Shown one piece after another: positions 11,901-18,503 of a DNA stretch of 64,000 nt. The DNA is taken from assembly GCA_964597545.1 (NCBI GenBank), contig CAZQXN010000001.1, positions 69,655 to 133,654 of the forward strand, read 5' to 3'. The stretch is from an uncultured Planctomycetia bacterium. GTDB lineage: Bacteria; Omnitrophota; Gorgyraeia; 1-14-0-20-64-10. A model generated the notes under the pieces. That model saw only the letters and a program-made list of their open reading frames with translations, made no database searches and was not told where the DNA came from. Made by a program: the position numbers and the translations under genes. Numbering within the stretch: the stretch's first letter is position 1; each line of letters starts with the position of its first letter.

Positions 11901-14900
11901 CGAGGTACGCCATGGCAAGCTGGTGCCTGAAGCCTCCTTCCTGTTTAAAGCAACTGAGCGATCGATTAAGGGGGTTTGGGATCTCCCTGAAGTTTTGGAG
12001 GCAAGCTCAGTGGCGTTGGCAAACGTTTCAACACTTACGAGGCCAATCCGAAACAAGCCCAATGTATCGTTTCGGTACCGCACAAAGCGTTTCACCATTT
12101 CGGTGCCGAATGGGGAATCCGCTCCACAGCGTGTTCTGATCCTCGGCAATCCCAAGAGACCGGATGGAGATCCCCCGGAAATCGTCCACGATATGAAAAC
12201 AGGCCGAGAGGTTTGGCCCACCTGGGGGGCAGTCCCCGCGCAAACCCTGGCCGACGCCTTAGAGCGATACCACGATGAGGAGGTGGCCAGTCAGTTTCGG
12301 CGCCCTTACGACCCCCGCTACTTCAACGAGTTGCTCCAGCAGGCGCAGCGAAGTTTTCCGCAGCCTACTGAGGGGGAACGTATTGTGTTCGATCTGCTAC
12401 AAGCGGCCGCCCGAGCTGCTCGGGCGGCTCAAGGGAACAATCCTCAGCACATCGAGGACTTTTTCAGCACCAGCGCCGACCGAATCCAACAAAGGGAGCC
12501 AATCAGAGTCAACGGCGGCCTGGAGGAGACTGGAAAATTTGATTTGATACGGGCAGAGGAACCGATTCCGCCCTTCCGGCTGCCGGAGTTGCCTGATGGG
12601 TTCCGGGTAAGCGAAGGGACCTTTCCTCTGGATCCCTCAACAGCCATGTTCAGCACCTTGATTCGAGAGCACCCGGAGCTGTTTCAAGGCATGGTCCTGG
12701 ACCTTGGAACCGGAAGCGGAGCTTTGGCCATTCAACTGGCCCGCCAGGGCGCCACTGTGGTGGGTATAGACAAATTAAGAGGAGCCATCGACGATGCGCG
12801 CCACAACCTCTCCCTAGAATCACCAGAGGTGCAGGCCCGGGTCACCTTCGGAGTCAGCGATCTATACGAGAATCTTCCTCAGATCACCGGGGAAGACAGT
12901 CCTCAATTCGACGTGGTGATTTACAACAACGGTATTCGCTTAGAGAAGGTCGCCCAAATCATCCCTCGAGATGCGATGTTGAAGGCCGGGGAGGCAGGGG
13001 AAGAGGTGGCCCGGGCCGTCAGCGGGTTGGACCAGGTGCTCACTCCAAATGGCAGAAGCTTTTTCCTGGGGGGTTCGGATCGCAATCTCGTCAACCTTTT
13101 CGGGTGGGGCCATTTTGAGGAGGCAAAACCAGAGGGGTGGAGGGTGCACCCCACAACATACAAGAAAAGCATGGCGCGCATCGTAAGGCAGGTGTTGATC
13201 TTCCGGGTGGCACCCCCGGGCGTTCCGGAATCTGCCGAGGTGGTGGCCGAGCCGAGCCTTCTCAATGTCCTCTTCCTTCCGGAGCGAAGGTTTGAAGTCC
13301 CGGCCGGCCAGGAGGAGAGACGGGAGATTGAGCTGGATACGATACCGCTTCAAGAAGCCGGCTCGAGAGAGACTGATGCGCATACACCCCTCTTCGACCC
13401 CCTGAATAGACCGTTCCAAGACCCTTTAAGTCCCTTTCATCCAATCCGCATTGACATGGGACCGATCCTCACGAATCTAGCAGACAACGCCAGAGAGCAT
13501 TTCCTGGAGCGCTTCCCGGATGTTGCGAACAAGACGGCTCAACTCAAACTTTCTGTTGCTGAACGAGATGCTGGGGATCGGTCCCTCATCATCCGCTACC
13601 AGGACAACAATCCGCATCCCTGGGAAATTCCGATTGACGAGGCGGTCCGAGGCTGGGGTGAGAGCAGAAAAGAACTTTCATGGGGAATAGGAGAGGGCTT
13701 GACAGGATCTTATAGAAGGACAATGAAGCTGGGTGGTCGCTTCACCGTGGAGGGGATGGACCCGAACGAAGGGCGCACCCGTCTGATCTACGCCGAGCCT
13801 GACCAAGAGCCTGCACCGGAAGATCGTCGCTACCAGAGCGATGGGACAGAGATCGTAGCTGAGCTTCCGATTCAAGCTCCAGATCAGTCCCTTGAAGCGC
13901 TTGCCGAATCCTTCCGTCAGAGCCTGGCCTCCGGCCAGGAGGGGCGTTCTGACGAATGGCGCCTCAGGGATAAAAAGGTTTCTGGGGGTCCGGCGATTCG
14001 GTGGCGGCCTCTCACCAATACGCCTGAGATGGTAAGTCGGTCGGAGCTAGAGCACGCCCAGCGGCGCGCTTACGACGAACATATTTTTGACCACCTCCCA
14101 AAGGATCTGGTACCCGCCCTTTCTGGTGGCATCTCTGGATTGCTGGCTCAGTTTGAGCAAGAAAACCGAGCAAGCGGCAAACCCTTCGCTTGGTGGGATG
14201 GGGCAGGCGGCATCGGCACGGCACTCCATCAGGCACGCGGCAGCGGCCATTATCCACACTTGGTACCTGTCCTTGTCGATCTTGTCAACTGGAAAGAAGA
14301 AGAGCTACCCCAGAAAGCAAGAGGGTGGCTCCGTCAGATGGCGCCGATTTGGGGGGTGGATTACCAAGATTTCTGGTCTAAGAAAGGTGTTGGGTTTATT
14401 TCGGGGGATCTTTCGACGCTTTATATTCCGCCAGAAGAAGCATCTTCCATCCGCCTTTTTACAATCATCGGATCGCTGGGTTTCTTTGATAATCCTTTGG
14501 GTGCCCTGCTAAACGTCTATAATCAACTCCCGGATGACGCCATCCTCCTAGCACCCTTATTCATCTCGATGGAAGACCCTCGGCGCCCTGAGCCAGAGGA
14601 GGCCGTCGTTGACTTCTATCGGGACGTGGTGGTTCCTGATCTTAAAGCGCATGGTGTTCAAGTCGATTTCAAGAAGACCAATCAGATGGAAGAGGCGGCC
14701 GTTGCTCAGGGACTCGGCGCGGGCATTCCGCAATTCCAGGCCGGATTCGTGTTCGTTAAGACGCCTGGATCAATCAAGCTGCTCCTTACGCCTAAAGTAC
14801 GCACCTTCCCGCAGAAGACAACCCGTGACGTTCTAGCGAAGGTCGTTCATTATGAGGGGGATCTTGAGAACCCCTTCGCTTACCATCCTCCTACCTCCGG

Positions 14901-15360
14901 CCTGGAGGAGGCGGTTGTGTGGGAATCAACGGTGTTTCGGGGGCAATTCCCGCAACTGGCAGACCAGATTCCAGCAAACGCCACTCATCTTTTGGGGGTG
15001 CCCCTCGACGGTGCGGTCACGCTGTATCGGCCTGAGACCTTGGCCGGAGGGCTGGAGGAACGAATTCGAGTAGAAGCAGAGCATTTCCCTGGTGTCGTCA
15101 TCCGGGCACAGCCGATTCCGCCGGCCGAGCGCAGCGTTCAGCGCCCTGCAGTTTTTGTGCTGGATACCCTCTTGGAGCTTAAGCTCCCCTACGAGCCCAC
15201 TCCTGCTGTGCACCACCAACTGGGCCAAGCGCTCCCGCCGCTGTTGAGGCTTATTGCCATGGCTTTAGCAGGTCGGACCGATGTCGTTGCTGCCTGGGTT
15301 GTCGGCCAGGTGGTTGAGGAAGATGGCCGGCAATACTTTGTCCTGGCGGTTCAACTGTAA
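5941..15360 (+). CDS. Giant (~3140 aa) modular protein with signal peptide: nucleotidyltransferase-like, 2x GHKL/HATPase-like, 2x class I SAM methyltransferase and unknown modules separated by SG[L/Q]EE linkers
   Basis: Uninterrupted ORF (track 5875-15360; ATG 5941 gives MTRPLAFLLALLIGLPAPALLGSQALA signal-like N-terminus); motifs VVGS..ADLDL, LNDNA/YQDNNP/GGGVGL, VLDLGTGSG, WWDGAGGIG. Confidence 0.9.
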   Translation: MTRPLAFLLALLIGLPAPALLGSQALAAEHGAASSSRSHHLRPSIEERVEADLASGLEEGAEDLATILEVPTIQQLSAIPLERIGEAYLLDPRPTTSDLKDQFESAQRELWSVGFKHREAPHLVVGVGREIKASGITHFLGKLYSRTRPTSVRMLHKHPVRSAIPSHKDFSGLKEWRKRYGKSVRRQRNWINGADNGIQRFVEYGHRRLWRIFSSKKLQARIWRGGPKKPAEAFFIPGTDRWHVSDIRNHSLPGTDQEGHSYFFSLVDTPGVQRVEFNDHQGRWASCSASDTWEELLESQGYTRPAYSGLEEEWVERIRTATQQWQAKGWKLYDPEELSSAFAKIAAKLGSGLEKTQALDAQDTRRFIWERRQEFMVAFSHLAEALHLPPENNPLSVIALTPARGKSPPKQAVLDLPYGEGVLRATIHFQNPSQTPRTKFQFQIRDAAGTARRLGEMRMGADKERRDTLPLLHIDVVDPLRPRTPHGEKRKWIWHLGIDWAFTQQDGIQEKLIAYKTFQDNLGQRVRQLSRRPTRDTTAASGQEEPILSLPGAVQVPLADLRLAERIEAHTGVAGIDPVRTALKQLPNSLVLAVVGSAFLSPGEAIADLDLAVYDTAEDGAGVWELLDRLEDCLGPLGEVTRSPAAGDEKAWTDPYTLSVEDVRGGGESFQVDIFALPMSLLRTNPIVDGLDALFYVGGFNPLFPVYGVQSSQAAEQFVEIAAAIPETTLVGNLTQWKQALLEDAQMRLRFGESEAEAIQKVRRRARTVLYALDSNEVPAPDALPGNQKELGELLRTLQTRQGDFVERVRAIRLASGLEEGIELATVPIPRSADETDAYVNRLHRTRVVIGDALRIPYDPSFPETVAERHHLSVIRHLNDNAFLHFLDRTSIANPQAQFTFFLTQGVVDGALRWFLNVQYQDNNPEAWEHPIESAVTKLSGGSQRDGGGVGLWTAYQAVAQIPDAALIVEARDVDGHRKRLKFVKALSSPASLEIRNPDGGTEILVRLPILPLEINLGEAAEQTRELLAGRFGQGLSREMTESTITQILRHSLLLRAVQIGSGARAVLIQGEAAQEVTGQAVARALDALPGSSDGNRFVMHIGRHPSEGLAVYIAPLRGEYHALSSGEAVEIADLLRQREPTVASIRFPGQGSHLDVPLGALSRELIAASVDRILQGGNGVIQVVPFELGETDRLAIEVLSTSGQEEKRPALGQLTKQLRQIHRPGSTWTPSQIVDAVRAASETEDFELEWLAPGQINSPAQRKTAWGKILHAAYSAVNRGGLDPLTWRKVLEQAGLDPNQVYGRKRRSRKGDGIASPVAVHLHPPFKDGKPNLEALGEPNHTGVRLPRRPWWKEHAPARALFMNLETAGSSTGQAIVNAYGPSYSLPLPYNESNPDRVVVLADVPEPDQIRVLAIYHAQTLKQLYPTANQIWIYPRFHLQGGKLRGDSFFLRATEKIKDTSWDNLAARGPQVALAHSRIGVDSGSSYVHCRGIPRLIPYRKGVTHSNPMLVIADTRAEAEAPPIAIYNNQGDQVAPHWEDASVLEFDAVELASQLLRQLAGASNLLQGSGSERTVQHLDVSQLLGGTPAAIAFRDDSEDGLRRRLEVALAVALDPWKPALYDPARGQYLPAWEAGEPLREAGIASIQITVPPRPEQPETAWLVVPSNGTAGLPAYEADAFRGFHPNQAQKLPADTTHVITRPLTREALSREVVIPLHYNERATSVVALLSREAGVSTGERIPAGKNTRLFFEPTLQLDHWVGEEDNGRPALVLWSHPWPGDTVPDSFTIPTIDLHPDQTFSLTLRQLFHAALLGHTAAAHLNVSALWTFLDSENQPLLAAAIGPERTAGQEEADTLAGVSTRSVVSTYFDPPFYEHGTLKEVTADSVWEFTNLPPAFWETARERAQKHVVLRGVRSIDTNGQAHFAATTAQRKTGRYPTAVPYGADVAFTVAFNMQHPLLGIPEKAFHNGIQVYPAANHVEMYLHFEVRHGKLVPEASFLFKATERSIKGVWDLPEVLEASSVALANVSTLTRPIRNKPNVSFRYRTKRFTISVPNGESAPQRVLILGNPKRPDGDPPEIVHDMKTGREVWPTWGAVPAQTLADALERYHDEEVASQFRRPYDPRYFNELLQQAQRSFPQPTEGERIVFDLLQAAARAARAAQGNNPQHIEDFFSTSADRIQQREPIRVNGGLEETGKFDLIRAEEPIPPFRLPELPDGFRVSEGTFPLDPSTAMFSTLIREHPELFQGMVLDLGTGSGALAIQLARQGATVVGIDKLRGAIDDARHNLSLESPEVQARVTFGVSDLYENLPQITGEDSPQFDVVIYNNGIRLEKVAQIIPRDAMLKAGEAGEEVARAVSGLDQVLTPNGRSFFLGGSDRNLVNLFGWGHFEEAKPEGWRVHPTTYKKSMARIVRQVLIFRVAPPGVPESAEVVAEPSLLNVLFLPERRFEVPAGQEERREIELDTIPLQEAGSRETDAHTPLFDPLNRPFQDPLSPFHPIRIDMGPILTNLADNAREHFLERFPDVANKTAQLKLSVAERDAGDRSLIIRYQDNNPHPWEIPIDEAVRGWGESRKELSWGIGEGLTGSYRRTMKLGGRFTVEGMDPNEGRTRLIYAEPDQEPAPEDRRYQSDGTEIVAELPIQAPDQSLEALAESFRQSLASGQEGRSDEWRLRDKKVSGGPAIRWRPLTNTPEMVSRSELEHAQRRAYDEHIFDHLPKDLVPALSGGISGLLAQFEQENRASGKPFAWWDGAGGIGTALHQARGSGHYPHLVPVLVDLVNWKEEELPQKARGWLRQMAPIWGVDYQDFWSKKGVGFISGDLSTLYIPPEEASSIRLFTIIGSLGFFDNPLGALLNVYNQLPDDAILLAPLFISMEDPRRPEPEEAVVDFYRDVVVPDLKAHGVQVDFKKTNQMEEAAVAQGLGAGIPQFQAGFVFVKTPGSIKLLLTPKVRTFPQKTTRDVLAKVVHYEGDLENPFAYHPPTSGLEEAVVWESTVFRGQFPQLADQIPANATHLLGVPLDGAVTLYRPETLAGGLEERIRVEAEHFPGVVIRAQPIPPAERSVQRPAVFVLDTLLELKLPYEPTPAVHHQLGQALPPLLRLIAMALAGRTDVVAAWVVGQVVEEDGRQYFVLAVQL
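6105..14910 (+). repeat. Ten dispersed in-frame direct repeats CGGCCWGGAGGAG inside the giant gene
   Basis: Cores at 6105, 6864, 7563, 8388, 9549, 11487, 12516, 13305, 13932, 14898; eight exact, one with 1 and one with 2 mismatches; 6096-6119 and 8379-8402 identical over 24 bp. Confidence 0.9.
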
Positions 15361-15419
15361 CACCCCCCTGAGCCTTTTGTTGGCCTCGTTCTCAAATCAG
15401 CGTACAATTGTTCTCAGAA

Positions 15420-16445
15420 ATGAGCTCATCTAACCCAAAAGGGGTCAGACCCCCTGAAGGGGGTCAGACCCCTGCGTCCCACCGCTGTGGATCGGTCGTG
15501 ATCCTGGGCCGCCCCAATGTGGGTAAGTCCACCCTTTTGAACCGCCTCCTGGGCGAGAAGATCGCGATTGTCTCGCATAAGCCGGAGACCACCCGGGAGC
15601 AACTCTTAGGCATCCTGACCCTGGCCGATGCTCAAATCCTTTTCTATGACACCCCTGGGATTTATCGAGCCCCCTCCACCCTCTTGGGCAAGCACCAGGT
15701 GCAGGCAGCTCGGGATGCCCTGGAGGCCGCGGATGTCATGCTGCTCATGACCGAAGCGCAGGCCGGGTTGACCGATGAGGATAAGCAGATTGTGGGGCTG
15801 CTGAAAACCAGAACAACGGTACCGGGTACAGCAAGTGTACCCGGTACCGAAACCGAGGGGTTGCCGGTGTTGCTGGCAATCAACAAGGCTGACCGGGTCA
15901 AGAAGTCGCTCATTCTGCCGCAGATCGAGGAAGCAAATCATCTTTATCCATTCCGGGAAATTGTGCCGATATCCGCCAGGGACGGAGACAACACCGAGCC
16001 CCTCTTAAAGGCGCTGGTCCAAGCATTGCCTGTTGGACCAGCCCTGTATCCTGCGGATGAGCTGACCGATAAGCCCGCACGTACTCTGGTCCAGGAGCTC
16101 ATCCGCGAGAAGACCTTGCTCTTTACCCACGAAGAGGTGCCTTATGCGGTGGCGGTCCTCGTTGAGGAATGGCGAGAGGGAGAAAAGCCAAAAGGGGTCA
16201 GACCCCTTAAGAAGAAGGGGTCAGACCCCGTCTACATTCGGGCAACGATCTATGTGGAGCGGGATTCGCAGAAGGGGATCTTGATCGGCAAGGGGGGAGG
16301 ACTCCTAAAGAAGATCGGGGAGGCAGCCCGCAAAGAGATTGAGGCGCTGTTGAAAGGGCCAATCTTTCTTGATCTTTGGATCAAGGTTGCCAAGAACTGG
16401 CGCAAGGACCCCCAGATGCTAAGGAGGCTGGGATATGGTGCATGA
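15420..16445 (+). CDS. era: GTPase Era
   Basis: [34 protein letters not shown] motif [21 protein letters not shown]. Confidence 0.97.
   Translation: MSSSNPKGVRPPEGGQTPASHRCGSVVILGRPNVGKSTLLNRLLGEKIAIVSHKPETTREQLLGILTLADAQILFYDTPGIYRAPSTLLGKHQVQAARDALEAADVMLLMTEAQAGLTDEDKQIVGLLKTRTTVPGTASVPGTETEGLPVLLAINKADRVKKSLILPQIEEANHLYPFREIVPISARDGDNTEPLLKALVQALPVGPALYPADELTDKPARTLVQELIREKTLLFTHEEVPYAVAVLVEEWREGEKPKGVRPLKKKGSDPVYIRATIYVERDSQKGILIGKGGGLLKKIGEAARKEIEALLKGPIFLDLWIKVAKNWRKDPQMLRRLGYGA
15437..15473. repeat. Tandem GGGGTCAGACCCC palindromes in era 5' end
   Basis: aaaaggggtcagaccccct-g-aagggggtcagacccct, encodes [12 protein letters not shown]. Confidence 0.8.
15817..15849. repeat. CGGTACCGGGTAC-family palindrome inserted in frame in era
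   Basis: cggtaccgggtaca-gcaag-tgtacccggtaccg, encodes [11 protein letters not shown]. Confidence 0.85.
16190..16229. repeat. Tandem GGGGTCAGACCCC palindromes in era KH domain
   Basis: aaaaggggtcagacccctt...aaggggtcagacccc, encodes [13 protein letters not shown]. Confidence 0.8.
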
Positions 16446-16496
16446 CAAAAACAAAAAAGGGTCAGGCACCTTTTCACCTATTCGTGAGGTAGCGCA

Positions 16497-18053
16497 ATGA
16501 AAAGGAGCCAGACCCTGTATCCTTGGTGGGTGAAGCGGGATTTTGACGGTTTCTTCGGGTTGTTCCTGGATAACCTTATTCAGCTGATGCTGATTGTCAC
16601 CCTCTGCGGGGGGCTGCTGGGCTTTCCGGCGGAGCTCATCCTCAAAACCATCCTTCCTGGTGCGGCCATCTCCATTTTGCTCGGCAACATCGCTTATGCC
16701 TTCCAGGCCAAGCGCTTGGCCCGCAAGACCGGGCGGGATGACATCACAGCCCTTCCCTATGGGATCAATACGGTCTCTCTCTTTGGTTATGTCTTCTTTG
16801 TGATGCTGCCGGTAGTGCGGGCCACCGGGAACCCGGTCTTGGCCTGGCAGGTGGGATTGGTGGCCTGTTTGGGATCAGCTGTAATTGAGTTTGTCGGGGC
16901 CTTTGTGACCGAGTGGGTGAGACGCATCACTCCGCGTGCCGCGATGCTGAGTACTTTGGCCGGCATTGCGATCACCTTTATCTCGATGGAGTTTGTCTTT
17001 AGGATCTTTGAGTATCCGGCGCTCAGCATAATCCCGTTGGGGATTCTGCTCCTCTCTTATGCCGGGCGGGTGCGCCTGCCGCTGGGGCTGCCCGGTGGAT
17101 TGGCAGCGCTGCTGGTGGGCGTAGTGCTTGGATTCGTCTTTCGAAAGCTCGGGATGTCAGAGTCGGTGCCACTGCCTTCTGCTTTAAGTTTCACCGGCAT
17201 CCGCTGGGTTGTCGCAGATCTAGCGGCCGGGCTTAGAAGCGGGGCACTCATTGATTACCTCTCGATCATCATCCCGATGGGGCTGTTCAATGTGTTGGGC
17301 TCACTGCAAAACCTAGAATCTGCAGAGGCCGCCGGTGACAAGTACCCCACCCGAAGTTCCCTGGTGATCAACGGGGTAGGCTCCGGGATTGCAGCATGTC
17401 TCGGAAGCTGTTTTCCCACGACCATCTACATTGGACATCCCGGCTGGAAGGCGATGGGGGCAAGGACCGGTTACTCCATTGCCAATGGGGTGGCGATCTC
17501 GGCAATCTGTCTCACCGGTGCGATGGGCTGGATCTTCCGTTGGATCCCCTTTGAAGCAGGAATTGGAATTCTCCTCTGGATCGGCATCATCATCATTGCC
17601 CAGGCCTTCCAAGAAACCCCCAAGCCCCATGCCCTGGCAGTCGCAGTAGGGCTCTTTCCGGCGCTGGCCGCCTGGGGGCTCAACCTCGTTGAGGCCACCC
17701 TGCGTGCGGCCGGCACCTCTGTAAACGCCTTGGGCACCTCGGCCTTTGCCGGGCATCTCGGGATTGCCGGGATGATTGCCTTGGAGCGGGGCTTTATCTT
17801 TACCTCGATGCTCTGGGCAGCCTTCATGGTGGCCTTGATTGAGCATAAATTCCGGCAGGCAGCCAGCTGGATGATTGCCCTTTCCTTCCTCTCCTGGGTG
17901 GGGATGATCCATGCCTATCGAATCACTGAGGCCGGCATCATGAATCACTTCGGTTTCTGCGCCGCCCCGGTCTTTGCAGCGGCCTACCTCGGGGTGGCCT
18001 CCATCTGCTTCGGGATGCACCTGCGCATCCACTATTTTTCTGCCCGGCACTGA
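16497..18053 (+). CDS. NCS2-like (xanthine/uracil) permease family protein
   Basis: Many TM segments; DFDGFFGLFLDN, TALPYGINT, NLESAEAAGDKY, PTTIYIGHPGWK. Confidence 0.85.
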   Translation: MKRSQTLYPWWVKRDFDGFFGLFLDNLIQLMLIVTLCGGLLGFPAELILKTILPGAAISILLGNIAYAFQAKRLARKTGRDDITALPYGINTVSLFGYVFFVMLPVVRATGNPVLAWQVGLVACLGSAVIEFVGAFVTEWVRRITPRAAMLSTLAGIAITFISMEFVFRIFEYPALSIIPLGILLLSYAGRVRLPLGLPGGLAALLVGVVLGFVFRKLGMSESVPLPSALSFTGIRWVVADLAAGLRSGALIDYLSIIIPMGLFNVLGSLQNLESAEAAGDKYPTRSSLVINGVGSGIAACLGSCFPTTIYIGHPGWKAMGARTGYSIANGVAISAICLTGAMGWIFRWIPFEAGIGILLWIGIIIIAQAFQETPKPHALAVAVGLFPALAAWGLNLVEATLRAAGTSVNALGTSAFAGHLGIAGMIALERGFIFTSMLWAAFMVALIEHKFRQAASWMIALSFLSWVGMIHAYRITEAGIMNHFGFCAAPVFAAAYLGVASICFGMHLRIHYFSARH

Positions 18054-18147
18054 CGCCTCCACAGGGGAAAGGGGCGCATTTACACATTCGCGCCTTTTCC
18101 CCGAGCTATTGATTCCGGGCGGAGAATGTGGCATGGTTGAAGTGAAG

Positions 18148-18300
18148 GCCGATAAGGGCAAACTCGTCGAAAGGCGGGGACGCAAAACCACAGACCTAAC
18201 CCGACTCCGGCGCCCCGATGTCAACGGCCTGGCCCACAAATCTTAAAGGGCAGGGGCATCCGATGGGCGAGGGGGTCGACAAGGTGGCTGGGTTGCCGAT
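18148..18300 (+). ncRNA. Cyclic di-GMP-I (GEMM-I) riboswitch aptamer with extended P3
   Basis: gggcaaac-tcgtc-gaaa-ggcgg-ggacgcaaaa-ccacagacctaa ... ggtggctgggttgccga matches the GEMM-I consensus (GNRA tetraloop, ACGCAAA, receptor, 3' GTTRCCGA). Confidence 0.88.
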
Positions 18301-18412
18301 CACCGGGCCAAAAAATAAAGGTCCCTACTCCCGGCTTCGCGGTCGGGCACACCGGGACGGGCCGTTCAGGTGATTGTACGGTAGCCTTTATCGGCTTGGC
18401 TTCATACAACTT

Positions 18413-18474
18413 AAGTCCCGCTTGCGCCAGCGGATGCGCCGTTCATCCGTCGGTGTGAGCGGGACTTTTCTTTT
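18413..18474 (+). terminator. Intrinsic terminator downstream of riboswitch
   Basis: aagtcccgcttgcgccagcggatg / catccgtcggtgtgagcgggactt long stem followed by ttctttt. Confidence 0.8.
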
Positions 18475-18503
18475 AAGACTCAGGCTGATATCATGAGCCC
18501 ACG

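Noticed and set aside
6105-14910. Repeats in the giant gene as a CRISPR array
   Set aside because: Repeats are only 13-24 bp, spaced 0.6-1.9 kb apart, in frame within a CDS; no cas genes in the window.
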